From Parasitella parasitica NRRL 2501 (taxonomy: Eukaryota; Fungi; Mucoromycota), in contig MU619329.1 in the NCBI GenBank assembly GCA_025201805.1, positions 3,001 to 67,000 on the forward strand: a stretch of 64,000 bases of DNA, in the 5' to 3' direction. The position numbers and the translations under genes were made by a program. Below are positions 51,095-64,000 of the stretch, one piece after another. The notes beneath the pieces were generated by a model that saw only the letters and a list, made by a program, of their open reading frames with translations, did not search any database and was not told the origin of the DNA. Each line of letters starts with the position of its first letter. Position 1 is the stretch's first letter.

Positions 51095-53096
51095 ATGACT
51101 AATTTCAACGCACCCGATAGTTCAATCCAATTCCAGTTAAAGAAGGTTTTCTTTGTGTACAATGCACATTAGCCAAGTAAATAGCTAATTCTTTAGTTGT
51201 ATAGCTCAAGATTTTATTGAATTTGTCAACAAGTCTCCTTCTCCTTTTCATGCTACTTTTGAGGCCTCAGAAATTCTCAAGGCTGCTGGTTTTAAAGAGA
51301 TCAAGGAGCGTGATAGTTGGAATGATGGCCTTATTCAGCGTAATGGTAAATATTTCTTTACTCGAAATGGCTCTGCCCTTGTAGCTTTTGAAGTTGGTGG
51401 CAAGTACAATCCTGGCAATGGTTTCTCCATTATTGGAGCCCATACTGATTCTCCTTGTCTCAAGGTGAGCTATTTCACTTAAATTTTGGTTGTCGCTCAT
51501 GTTAGTGTTATCACTCGGTAGATCAAACCTATTTCCAAAAAAGATAAATCAGGATATCTTGAGGTTGGTGTACAACTTTATGGCGGTGGTATCTGGTAAG
51601 ACGAGAGAAAAGGACAGTAGACGAGTGATATTCATACACACATCTGCTTATTAGGCACACTTGGTTTGACCGAGATTTGAGTGTAGCTGGTCGTGTTCTT
51701 GTTGAACAAGAAGATGGTACCTTTAAGCATACTTTGGTCAAAGTTGACAGGTAATATCTTCGAAGTGTAACCATCAAAGTAGCAACAAAAAAAAAACTAA
51801 ATCATGCCGTGATAGACCTATTTTGCGCATTCCTACCCTAGCAATTCACTTAGACCGTACTGTTAATGAAAAGCTCACATTCAACAAGGAAACTCAATTA
51901 GCTCCCATCCTTGCCACCGCAGCAAAAGCGTAAGTAGTCAAAGCGTATCATGAAAAAGTACGATAATGAACCCTTATTGTAGTCAATTATCTGGTATCGA
52001 AGCTACCGAGGATGCTGAAGCTACAGCAAATCACCATCCCCTGTTAATTCAGATTTTGGCTGATGAAATGAACGTTAAGCGTGAGTCTTTCTCTAGTAAC
52101 TGCTCCATTTGATGACTCATATTTCTTTAAAACAGCTCATCAAATCCGCGATTTTGAATTAGCCGTCTATGACACCCAAAAATCTGTAATTGGTGGTGCC
52201 TGCAATGAATTCATTTTTTCTCCTCGTCTCGATAACCTGGAGATGTCCTACTGTTCAATCATTGCATTGACTCAAGCCAAGGATATTGACAACGACAGCA
52301 ACATCCGTATTGCCGCTCTCTTTGACAACGAAGAAGTTGGATCCTTGACCGCCCATGGCGCTGATTCCAACCTTTTACCTGTTACTCTACAGCGCTTAGC
52401 CAATACACATGTCATTGATGCTGTCAAGAATGTATCGTTGACAGCTTTTGAGGAAGCCATCCACAAGAGTATTCTAGTTAGCGCTGACATGGCACACGCC
52501 ATTAACCCCAACTACCCTGATAAACATGAAGAAAACCATCGCCCTGAGATGCACAAGGGCACTGTCATTAAGGTGAATGCTAACCAGCGTTATGCTACCA
52601 CCGCCGTAACAAGCCTGGTATTAAAGGAATTAGCAAAAAAGCATCAAATCCCAATCCAGGTACCGATCACAAGAACAAAGAAATGAGCATGCTTACTAAA
52701 ATTTCAAGTGTAGGAATTCGTTGTGCGTAATGATTCTAGCTGTGGCTCCACTATCGGTCCAATGTTGAGTGCTAAGCTTGGTCTCCGTACAGTTGGTAAA
52801 GTATATTTATACATATATATTAAAATCGAGGGAGAGCAATACAAGGGGAAAAATTCTTGAGATTTTTTTTTTTTCTTTGCTGATACGTGTTTGTAGATAT
52901 TGGTAATCCTCAATTGAGCATGCATTCGATCCGTGAAACTGGTGGTACAGAAGATGTCAAGCATGGTATTGATTTGCTCAGAGTAAGTTTGATCTACATA
53001 TGCTCTCTAGAGTAACATACTGACGCAGACATTGCATTTAATCAGGTATTTTACGAGGAATTTGCTGTATTGGAAGAAAAGTTCATAGTCGATTAA
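51095..53096 (+). CDS. APE4: aspartyl aminopeptidase (M18 family); multi-exon
   Basis: [72 protein letters not shown]. Confidence 0.95.
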
Positions 53097-53312
53097 TTTA
53101 CAAGGAGGTGTTTCTCCATATGTCGTATAACATGGTAACATCGCATAACGCACTGAGTTCCAATGCACAATGAATAATAAACACACTATTATCTGGATCA
53201 TGATGAGGCTTTGACTGATTTTTCTGGCTATTTTATCTCTTTTACTTTTTCTTTCCTTGGACCCTTTCTTCCTGATAACGGTTTTTCTTTTCTGCTCAAC
53301 GTATACATTTAT

Positions 53313-54816
53313 ATGGAATCTACTGATACGAGCAACAATCTATATGAAACGCTTGGCATAACCAAATCAGCTACTGCTGATGAGATTAAAAAAGTAAATC
53401 AAAAAATTTTGATACACATGCCAGTATTGACTGACATGCTCGAACAATGTTAGGCCTACCGAAAATTAGCATTGCGTTACCATCCGGACAAAAATCCCAA
53501 TAGCACAGACAAAGTGAGTATAGTGCCATAGTGTCTGTCTAAGACTTGCCATACTGACGTCTCTTTCTAGTTTAAAGAGATCAGCCACGCGTATGAAGTG
53601 CTTGGAGATGAACACAAGAGAAGAGTGTATGATAAGTATGGAGAGCTCGGTCTGCAGATGATGGACACTGTGGTCAGCCCTTTATTTGATCCTCAAGTCG
53701 AGTCTATGCTGTGTACTATATTGATGTCAGCGTCTTTACTATTCTCGCTGGTCATCATCTTCCTTGCGTTCCTGACGGTTCGCATTGACAATCTTGTTTT
53801 GTGGTCATGGTCGGTTGTGTGGATCCCGGCGTGGATCTTGAATGTATTCGTATTCTACTGTCTTGTTCAATACATATTGAAGCGCACAGAGAAGCAGGAA
53901 AATCAAGAGCAAGAGAACGGAGAAACAGAAGAGCATGCCAGTCGACTCAAACAACATGAACAACATTTGAAAATAGCCAAGAATACTATTCTCATGGTGA
54001 ATTTTGTGCTGGCCCTTTTATTCCAGATCTTTATTGTGCTACGACTAGATGGCAAAGTGATGTGGGCAGCATGCCAGGTGTTCATCCCTTATTTTGTATA
54101 TGAAGGGATTCGATTTTGTGTCGATTGTATCAAAGCATTGGTGGGCTGTTTAGCACTTGTGTCATTGAAGGAATTAAGCCGAATGCCGTCATTCTTGTTC
54201 AAGCAATTCTGGTTCAGCGCCTTGAGATTCTGCTTGTTTTTGCTTATTCCTTTGCGTATTGATCAAATCATACAGTGCTCTTGGGGTGTTGTGTTTATTC
54301 CACTTTATCTGGTCGGTATGAAATGGGCCCTGGAACTAGTGTATCGTTATCGAGTGTATTCAAAGATGACTCAGCCCGAGGTTGCACATCAAGGCAAAGT
54401 GACAGTACTGGCAGGAGCAGTTTTGTTTTGTATCGTGAGTGCCTTGTTTTATGCTCTGGTTGGGTTGATTGCGACAAGATTGGATGGATATCTATTTATA
54501 AAAATGGGCAACGTGTTTGTGCCATTATTTATTGTTTTCGTAAGTGTTTCGAGTAGAGTATTATACAAATACACAAATACACTAAGTCTGCGCACATGTA
54601 TAGTCTTTCTTTTTATGTTGCTCCGGGTGCTGCCTTCCGTGTCTTTTGCAAGTATCAGCTATCTCTGACTTGGAAGCCCATGAAACACAAACCTTGGTAG
54701 ATGCAAATAGACGTATTACTGCATCTGGTGAATCCTATGCTATTAATGAATCCAGTACTGCTACGGCTTTTACGGCAACAAGCCCACCCACAGTAAGCAG
54801 TAGCCTGGCTAAATAA
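53313..54816 (+). CDS. DnaJ-domain multi-pass membrane protein (J domain + TMEM185-like repeats)
   Basis: LYETLGI..EIKK/AYRKLALRYHPDKN / FKEISHAYEVL..YDKYG, followed by repeated hydrophobic units (RID..W..VWIP, RLD..VFIP). Confidence 0.85.
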
Positions 54817-56037
54817 TAAGAGCAGTTTTCAATCCTTTTGTATTTTTAATAATTTCTTAATATATACACTCTCATACCATACATCTGTTAAAAAAAATCT
54901 TTTCATTTTAAATCACATCATATATATCATGCATACTCTTAGTAGTATTATGAAATTGTCATTATATGCTAGATATACGATGTTGTCGTCGTGCGTTAAA
55001 TATTCCAACAGCACCATGTTCATACTGTTCGTTTGGTTCATTTTGAAAAATAATGTGCATATTCGAAGGTGTGTACTTGACAAGCCGACACCAAACGTCA
55101 ACTAGTCAAATTTGCGGTTCCAAAGCTATCCATTTCAAATCGATCTCTTGATTGAGTTTTTTGTAAGTGATTGGACCCCCTAAATTATTCCGCCCTGATA
55201 ATGGCATTGTATTGAACAGCGCGTATATCAAGAATTTTTCGACCCCTTTTTCCACCTCTTGAAATACAAGTAGACATGTACTTGCGGGATTGAGAGAAGT
55301 ATAAAAGCCGTCGCATTTACTTTTCTTTGTGAGCTCTGTTGATGTTGAAACATAGTGGTCATCTGCCGTTTCCTGATACCAGAGTTCTCATTGTCATGTT
55401 GATTTTTTAGCTGTTCATAGCATTTTACTAAACAAACTAGTGCCTGGTCTATGGTCCTATGGAAGAACATAATCAGTGTTGTCTGAATATTTTTACCAAA
55501 GGAATGATAAAGAGCAATGGATTGGTGTCACCAATTACAATAACATCATTATCCGAGAAGGGTTATCTTCTACATGCTTAATCTTTGACGACAATTTATT
55601 TCTGCTAAACGGAGATCACAGGCGGATAGAACAGCATATAATAGATATGCATAGTGGTGATCAAGAAGTAAATAGTAGTGATCCGTTACAAATTTTTATT
55701 GTGAAAACCTAATTATTAATCAAGTGTAATACTAATGGTCAATTTTCGCACTGAAGCCTTATGGCTATAGCATTATGTAATATGAATCACTGCGTACAAC
55801 AAGATAGCGCTTAAAATAATAGTTGTTTCTGACCTCAGGTTAACTGACAGAGAAATTCATTCAATACGTTCAAACGCCATACCTAGCAATGCATTCCACA
55901 GGTCATGTAATCCCTAATTTTATGTGTGCAATCTGAATTTCTGTATGCGTGCAAAGTTTTCCTCCGTCTGTGCAATAATTTATTAATGGTAATAGTTTAG
56001 ACTGTTCGCTATATGTACAAATGCCCAAGTTTTGGTC

Positions 56038-57026
56038 TTAATTACTTGCGCCAGCAGCCATTTCTTGTGCTTCTTCGTCGCTTTCATTGATAAATGATGC
56101 AGTTGGCATTGCCGCTGTTGATAATTGTTGGAATCTTTGTCTCAGAGACGCAATTGAATAGGCCTCTGGCATATTACCTGGCAAAACACCAAGACGATTT
56201 ACAATTTCGCTTTCAATTTGGGGGTAAATTTCGTCACTTGTTTTGCCTCTAACATTCACAACGATATGCTGATAATGATCTAATAAAGGGGATGCCATAG
56301 CGTGATGCTGGTCTAGACGTACTTTGAATACTTCGGGTGTGTCATCTGGTCTCTTGGACAAAGGCTCGCCTGTGATATCGTCTAAACCTGGTACGCGGGG
56401 TGGATTGTAAGATAGATTGTAGACTCTACCAGAGGGAATGTGGACCCAGCGATCCATGATCCTCTGCAAAATGACGTCTTCAGGCACTTGTAAATTGATG
56501 ACTAAGTTTAATGGTTGCATTAATTTATTCAACGTAGCATCCAAGGCCTCTGCTTGGCCAATTGTTCTAGGAAAGCCATCCAATAGCCAGTTCTAAGCGA
56601 CGTCGTTTAGAATATGTTGATGATGAGCATCAAAAAAATACTTACTGTGTTGCCAACATTCAACAGCTCAGAGTCAATCAAAGAAGTGAGCAGGGCGTCT
56701 GGCACTAATTTTCCATCTGAAACGTACTGTTGAGCCTTTTTTCCCAAGGAGGTTTGGTCTGTAATGTTTTTTCGAAGCAGATCGCCACTGGATAAATGAG
56801 CAACACCAAAGTTCCTTTCTAATTTACTCGACTGGGTTCCTTTACCAGATCCCTACATATTCACAGTTACTACATAGGCAACATTTTCCCACAGAGATTG
56901 TGCAGAACTTACGGGACAACCTATCAACAGCAGCCGTAAAGGCTGGATGGCGTTTGTTGGGCAATCATAAAAAGCACGGATTTGCTTGTTGGAGAATTTG
57001 ATAGATCGACTTATATTGCGCAACAT
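56038..57026 (-). CDS. mitochondrial adenylate kinase, AK3/yeast ADK2 type (GTP:AMP phosphotransferase-like)
   Basis: Presequence-like N-terminus, GCP/GSGKGTQ, SSGDLLR, WLLDGFPRT, lid RWVHIPSGRVYNLSYNPP. Confidence 0.9.
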
Positions 57027-60000
57027 ATGAAAGAGAGATTTGATGAAGAAGTAAAAACCAGCAGAAAAAAGGGCAACGGAATATAATTTATCTTTTCGAT
57101 ATGACTTTATTTGGGCACAAAGATAAGATCAAAAAGGCGTTTTTTTTTTCACCTAATGATCCTTATGTAACCCACTAAAAAGAATTTGTACTTGGTTTTC
57201 GGATCTTACCATTTAAATTCCAGACGCTTGATAATACAGCGGTTCCATTCTGAAAGTCCTTTTTGGAATCTTACATTGTGTCTCGCAGCTCAAAGCTCGC
57301 TTTTTTATTGACAAACAGCTAAAATTCATGTGAAAAAAAAACAAAAAAAACAAAAAGCAAAACAAACTTTGGGAGTGGAGTGGAGTCGCTGTAAAAACTG
57401 TCGCTAATCCACATTTACTATAAGATTGGTGTGTCTGAACACCCGATGAGTCTTACATATACCGTTTGTACTCTTTTTGAGTCTTGATGGATTCTATTTA
57501 CAAAGCCATCCGGAGCTGTTCAATCTGCTACAAAAGAATATATAATATATCACGTTTCAAAATCAATTGAAATAAGATCATCTAGCTTTTTCAGTGAGTC
57601 CCAGAAAATGTAATGAGTTGCAGTTACTGTACTAGTACGGTATTAGAATGTATTCTCTTAGCTTGGGATCCAAACAGTTTTTTTTTTTTTTTTTCAGTGA
57701 AAGCACCTACATTCTCTGTAAATTAAACTCATAGTGTGAACCAAACAATCTATCACATCAATACCTACAAGTCGATATGCTGATCACATCCGTAGCTCTG
57801 CTGTTTCTGATGATGATTGAAATCTCGTGGCGACTGGAATGGATCCCTACCGTTTGTTTCCTATGGTTGTAGGGGTGGAATAAATCATCAACTTAAATCT
57901 GAAGCGTTTTAATTGAATAAAAGTAGAAAATATAGGTTTTTTAATGAAAACATGATTATACATTTCGAAAAGAAAAACATCATGTTTATCATCGTTGATG
58001 TAGTGCATTTCATTTTTCTTCTGCCAGAATATGCACTATAACCACCGCGGTAGAAAAAAAAAGGTAGACACGGTATACGGGTAAAAAGGCAAAACCTATT
58101 TTTTCCTTGGGAAATGATTGATTTATCAGAAAAACTTGATAGGAATTGTGGAATCAGTATAATATGTTTTATAGGTTTACTGAAAAAAATCAAATATAAA
58201 ATCAATAAATTACAACTTGATAAAGGCATAGGTTTTATTATCAAATCGACAGGTGTTGCAAGATCTCGTTCATCTACTGGCAAGGTTGATGAACCTTTAC
58301 ATACTTTAGCTAAGGTTAAATCTTCTACTCTCGTAATTTAACATGTACGACAGTTCTGATTAATTAGCACCTTAACTTTGTGCTAACTGACATATCAGCA
58401 GACTAAAGATAACTTCAGTCTATCTAGGTGAATAAATGGACTTTACCCTAAGTACCCTGAGCAATCTTCTATACGAAGATTATTAATTGGTATTCATCTC
58501 AGCATATATCGGTATATGTAGCATGTCTATAGCATTGTACATCTTATTAACTGTGCACATTTGTAGTCTATATCAATTTGAGGTAACTGGATGAATCTAA
58601 AAGTAAAATGCAGATTATCATAGTGAATGTATTTCACATCAGCTATCGATTCATATCAAGACATACCCAAGTTACTTCGTAGATTCATGCTTTGCTCTTC
58701 AATTGAAAATAAGTAGGTACCCTTATTTACAGCGAATAAAGAGGCTGTTGATTGAATCTCAGCACTGTGTTTCCATTTGGCCCAGCTTTTTTCGCATAGT
58801 TCATTGCTGGATATCTCATAAACGCAATAGGTATACCGGATATGCGTACCAAGTGTTTTATAACAAAAATTAAATTCTGCATCCAATCATATAAATTACA
58901 AGGGTATAAAAATATCTTTTCTTATTGACAATTTTCAAATATTCAAAAAACGCCTTTTTTGATAGTTTTTAAGTAAAATCAAGCATATTTTGAGCACACT
59001 CAGCTCTATAAAGTTGACCAAACAAACCATAATCTCAATGCCTACGCATCAATATTTTTTACGCAGCTGTAGCTCTATTATGTCTGCCAAAAATCAAAAT
59101 CTTGTGGCGATCAAAATGAATCTACGATTTTCCGGCCCTATACTTAGAGGGCCAAAATGAACCCATTCAAAAGGGTAAAAATCAATTCCGTTTTTCGAGA
59201 TTTTCTCGCTCAAAAATTGGTATTTTTTGATCAAACAAAAACTATTCCGTAGCTGTGTTGTAGCTCTATGTTTATATTGCTATATCATGTATCTTTAAAT
59301 ACTATTTATTGCTCTGAAAGTTGTGAAAATATATGAAGCCTCTGCTAAAAACCAATACGTCTAGTAGAAAATTAAGTTTCAAAAAGATTTTAATAATCAC
59401 TCAAACCAAAGTGTCATAGTAGCTTTTTGAGAAACAGGTGGACAAAGTTTGACGTAAAAAGACAAAATTGGCCCAAGCTTGTCGAATTCGAGATCACGTA
59501 CGACATGTTTTATACCAGTACGTGTACCAAAATGTGCTTTATTATTTTACTTAGGAACTTGAAATTGGTTTAGTTGCAAAATATGGTACTTGTTATAGGA
59601 ACATATGCTGTAAAATTTGGAAAATCTGCAAAATTTGGTTTTGGGAATATCTCGACAGCAAAGATAGATAGCGAGAATCGGAAGACGTAGTGAGGTACAG
59701 CTATCATACTAGAATTAACCTTTGTTCTTAGTTTGGACCTCAAATTCGTACCTAAAAATGACCCTGAAGGTTGACCCAAAGTTGAAAACTGAAAATCGAA
59801 TATGAGGTTTGGGGTCCAAACATAGCAAGATCTAAAAAATGGCCAGAGGTTCATAGAACTCGGACATGTTGTAAAATGCTGCAAAAAAAGAAGAATTTAG
59901 CTGAAGGTTGTGTTTCTATCGCATAATAGTTTGTAAAGATATCAGAGATTGTAGATTATGCTTTTAAGCGGGGGAAAAGGTGATGGTTTAGATTGTATTG

Positions 60001-60801
60001 CTATTATTTTGGCCATAAATAAAAGTATAAAAAAAAAACTTAATGCTATATTTTGTGGCATATCAATTATTTATATATACCAAGGTAGCTTTATGTTGCT
60101 TTTTGAATCAATGCCTTAATCCTATATTGGAAGAAAATGCAATAATGCAACGATGACTGTATACACAGTAACTCGAAACTCAGCGGGACGTTTGCGTTCG
60201 ATTTTACATCAAACCCTAGGATATACATACAAAATGAGCATGCTGCAAACTCAAACTTTGTCGGGAAAAAGGTTTTATAATCTAACAATTGCACTGAAAT
60301 TAGATCACCAAAACTATTCGGAACCTACAGTCATTTGTGCTTTAATATGTCCTTCATCAAAATTTGTATGCGTTTTCATAGGATCAATTGTGTGATTGAC
60401 TTTGAGGATACACAAAAAGCCAAATTAAAACATCCTTTACTAATAAAATAAAAATCCTTACAAAAATATTAGGAAAACATACAGAAATCGTGAGCATAAA
60501 AGATCTTGTATTATTTTTTGTTTAATGAAATCCTATACAAAATCAATCCTTTGACAGAAAGAGCTTAATACACACGTCCCATTGAGATGATACTTGAAGG
60601 CTGAAAATACTTATACGTATCAGATGAGAAAGAAAAGAGTTATTCATGTTGTATAATAGGTAATTCATAAAAAAGAGAGACGTGTTTATTGCTTAATTAT
60701 ATCATAGATGAGTTTGGTACATTCCGCTACATGATAGTTCTAAAATGACTAGTTAAGCATTCTATTATATCAGTTTCAAAATTACTCTCCATCAACAATT
60801 T

Positions 60802-62224
60802 TCAACTAATAGGGAATGGCTTTATATTTAAATTACCATTCTTCTGTATGAGATCAATCACAAAGGAAAATACAGCTTGCATATTCTTCTCGTCGTTTTG
60901 TTTTATTGCCTGTTGGATTGCAGATTTAATCAACTCAATAACTGGGTTGAACTGGGGTGTGTCGCCTTGTAAGCTTTGAATTACTTTGAGGATGATGCCC
61001 AAGATATAAATAGCATCAGGCGCTGATGCCGCAGGTGTTGATGTTTGTGTAGGCAAAGATAAAGAAGGAAACCTTGCAGATGTTGTGATTGTTACTGTAG
61101 ATATTACTGACTGACTAGAAGTTACTGTTGCTGTAATTGTTTCTGGTCTTGTCATCTCGTTGGTGATTATAACGGTTTTTGTGATGGTATCTTTACCCGT
61201 ATTATTGCTGCAGAGTTTACTGGAAATAGAGCCAGGAACGGCAGTTTCAGTTTGGAAGAAATTATCCCAAAGACATCCCAATGTCTTTGTGATTGTCGCA
61301 GTTGTCGTTGACGTTGATGGGGTGGCGGTTACAGTTACATATTCTTTGCTAGGTATTGATGTTACAGTAACGTATTCTCTACTGGGAGTAGATGTTACAG
61401 TAACGTATTCTTTACTGGGAGTAGATGTTACAGTTACATATTCTTTACTGGGTGTAGATGTTACAGTTACATATTCTTTACTTGGCGTAGATGTCACAGT
61501 AATATATTCCTTGCGAGGTGTAGACACAACAGTAACGTACTCTTTACTTGGTGTAGCTACGACAGTAATATATTCTAGATTTTTTTGAGTCGTTGTGGAA
61601 TTATTGAATACAGTTGTAGTGTTGAAAACAGTAGTTGTTTTCCTTTGTCCAAAAAAGTCGAATCCATCTGTTGTAATTGTCTTTGTGGATGTGGCAGTAG
61701 TCGTAGTAGTCGTAAGAGGAATTGTTTCAGTTTTAGTAGTCGTGATAGTATATATGCCGAATGGGCCCGGCGTTGGCATTACAGTTGTTGTATACACAGA
61801 TGCTAAGGCGCTACATATTTCTGGCATTACCACTTGTCAATGTAAACACAAATGGTTGAGGTGAGTATTATGTTTTGGCAAAAACACAATCGTTTGGGCA
61901 TTTACATCTTACTGGGGTTTGTGCACTGGTCGCTGGAATTGTTGCATCACTCAATAGCAAAGATGGCGAGCTTGGGTTCCAGGGACCACCAGATAAGTTA
62001 TCAGGGTTTAGGGATTGCAATACTTTTGCTGAAACGCTACTAAAAAATTGATCACCCGAGCTTGAAAACTAATGAATGAATTTAATATGAGATTAATCCA
62101 TAAAAATTACTGTTCCAATTCATATTACACTCTGAGTATAAACATTTCTCAATGGTACCCTAGCAGCAGCAAATACAGAGCATTTGATCTGTAATAGAAA
62201 ATGCAATAAAAGTAGCATCTTCAT
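60802..62224 (-). CDS. putative secreted Thr-rich protein with 11-aa tandem repeats; 5' exon structure uncertain
   Basis: 343-aa Thr/Ser-rich ORF 60802-61833. Upstream signal-like exon MKMLLLLHFLLQIKCSVFAAA (ATG 62224) and a second open exon near 61913-62068. Confidence 0.6.
61312..61575 (-). repeat. 33-bp coding minisatellite, 8 copies (EYVTVTSTPSK)
   Basis: Read directly from both the DNA and its translation. Confidence 0.92.
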
Positions 62225-62914
62225 GCTTGTAGACAACTTCAACACAACAAAAAGGTTACGAAAAGAGTAGCATCCACATACAACGTATTAGAACTTTAAA
62301 TAAAAGCCAGAATGTTTGGATCTTGACCTACATTCTTTGGTATTGTTTCCATACATATCTCATTCTAATATATTTTATATATTTACATATGACAGAGATA
62401 TCTTCTTGAACATACGTATAATTCCGCCTTTCAGATTTAAAGACATTCTAGTATCAATGCTATTGGTTCAACTCCGTTTTATCACAATAAGTAATTTCAG
62501 TTACTTGCATTGATTGCTAGTAAATTCAACATTTTTTCGTCGTTTGTTCATTTCGTGCTTTTGTTGTTATCAGCGACTTTTAAGAGTCCATACTGCTATT
62601 ATTTTTGAAGATTTAATGAGGATATCGCAGGTCAAGCAGGGTTTGCACTTGAACATTTAATGATAAAGGATTGACATAAGAAATTTTCTTTCTGTGAATT
62701 TTTTGTTCTAATATCATCTAAGTTGTATTTTATTCATTTTTGTAAATAAACTTTTGTTGTTGTATAAAAAAAAAAAGTATAAATACGAGAGTTTCGATTT
62801 AATTAATTTACGTAGAGCTAAAGAAAAGGAAAAGCTTTTGAGAATATGTGAAATGGAATAGAGGAAAATGTGAAAGAAGAAATTATATATATATAAAAAA
62901 GAAATCGAAGATAT

Positions 62915-64000
62915 TTACAACTTGACATTCTTTCTGAGTGTTTCCTTGTATTCAGCAATGGAACCAGAGAAAGGTTCAACTTTTCCGTTTTCACAACGCC
63001 AAATTTGCTTTGCAACTTGAGAAATCAAACGGAAATCGTGAGAAACAAGCACTACACCACCGCTGAAAGCGTTGATGGCATCGGCGAGGGAGTCAATGGA
63101 CTCCATATCCAAATGATTAGTAGGTTCATCCAACAAGATGATGTGAGGACGGAGAACAGATAATTCTGCAAATACAAGACGAGACTTGAGACCATCAGAA
63201 AGAGTACTGATGAGAGATGTTTGATGAGAACCACTCAAACCAAAACGACCGAGTTGAGAACGCCAGTGCGCAATATCAGTGGAAACACTGGGGAACTTAT
63301 CACGCATGTAATCGATAGGTGATTTGGTTTGATCGAGTTGGTCATTAGAGTGCTGAGAGTATTTACCAAGCTTCAAAGCAGTATGAGGTTGAACGCGACC
63401 ATCCGTAGGGTGGAGCTCCTTGTTCATCAGCTTAAGCAAAGTAGACTTACCAGCACCATTAGGTCCGACTAACGCGACACGGGAATCCATATCAAAACCC
63501 AATTCGAGATGTCTGTAAAGACAGTTAGCCATATTACCATCATAAGAGAAAGAAACATCCTGGAAGGCGAGAACAGGGGGAGGAAGTTTTTCGACATTAG
63601 TGAAGGTAAACTTGAAAGGCAACGGATTCTCGACTTTTTCAATGAGACCGGCAGCTTCCATCTTATCGATGATCTTCTGCTTGGACTTGGCTTGTCTAAC
63701 CAAGTTGGCATAAGTACCGGCAGAAGCAATGAATTTCTTAATATGAGCAATTTCTTCTTGTTGCTTAGCATAAGCTTTAGCTTGGTTGACTTCATTTTCT
63801 TCCTTGGTCTTGATAAACATATCATAATTACCACCGTAGTAGTTAAGCTTACGCTTATGGGTCAAGTGCATCATGTTGGAACAAACACCGTTCAAGAAAT
63901 CTTGAGAGTGAGAAACGATAACAAGAATACGATCATAAGTTTTCAAGTATTCTTCAAGCCAGACAGTGGCTTCCAAATCCAAATGGTTAGTAGGCTCATC
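62915..64000 (-). CDS. ARB1: ABC-F family ATPase Arb1/ABCF2, 3' part; 5' end outside window
   Basis: DEPTNHLD, VSHSQDFLNGVC, KFIASAGTYANLVRQAKSKQKI, GPNGAGKST, LSDG, LLDEPTNHLD. Confidence 0.95.
   Translation of the reverse strand, partial: DEPTNHLDLEATVWLEEYLKTYDRILVIVSHSQDFLNGVCSNMMHLTHKRKLNYYGGNYDMFIKTKEENEVNQAKAYAKQQEEIAHIKKFIASAGTYANLVRQAKSKQKIIDKMEAAGLIEKVENPLPFKFTFTNVEKLPPPVLAFQDVSFSYDGNMANCLYRHLELGFDMDSRVALVGPNGAGKSTLLKLMNKELHPTDGRVQPHTALKLGKYSQHSNDQLDQTKSPIDYMRDKFPSVSTDIAHWRSQLGRFGLSGSHQTSLISTLSDGLKSRLVFAELSVLRPHIILLDEPTNHLDMESIDSLADAINAFSGGVVLVSHDFRLISQVAKQIWRCENGKVEPFSGSIAEYKETLRKNVKL

Noticed and set aside
57909-58886. 124-aa and 76-aa minus-strand ORFs as genes
   Set aside because: Low-complexity AT-driven composition and no recognisable motifs. 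A decayed gene cannot be excluded but is unsupported.
61312-61575. 33-bp repeats as a CRISPR array
   Set aside because: The units are head-to-tail with no unique spacers, stay in frame within a coding ORF, and sit in a eukaryotic context.
1-64000. tRNA, rRNA, spliceosomal snRNA genes and U12-type introns
   Set aside because: No cloverleaf/T-loop, rRNA, snRNA or RTATCCTT donor signature was recognised by eye. tRNAscan-SE and Infernal would be needed to exclude them.

Overview
AT-rich, gene-dense eukaryotic DNA with short (mostly 50-90 nt) GT-AG introns and a gene set typical of a Mucorales fungus (Mucor/Parasitella/Rhizopus-like; the taxon is inferred). About 25 mostly housekeeping genes can be rebuilt across introns: ricin-type lectin, GRIP golgin, ankyrin protein, CDK5-like kinase, L2HGDH, La-related protein, Nrg1-like zinc finger, Rab5, UPF2, SPB1, AP-2 mu, MUTYH, PIG-S, AGC1/aralar, PRP2/DHX16, KIN17, a TFIIB-family factor, GSKIP, AVT1, MED21, aspartyl aminopeptidase, DnaJ-membrane protein, AK3, a Thr-rich repeat protein and ARB1/ABCF2. 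The main discovery is a ~4.2 kb minus-strand element between UPF2 and SPB1 (~17900-22152). It carries a disrupted, intron-containing, unusually long Fanzor1-type gene (eukaryotic TnpB-like RNA-guided nuclease). A short relative with no ORF lies at ~43830-44320; it shares the TA|CAGCTTAAA 5' end, a 47-bp identical block and a conserved hairpin. Other notable items are a BRF2-like Pol III factor, a La paralogue with an altered 3'-UUU pocket, a candidate intronic H/ACA snoRNA, a probable solo LTR and a TVP38/TMEM64 pseudogene. All calls come from manual reading and translation; no searches were run.
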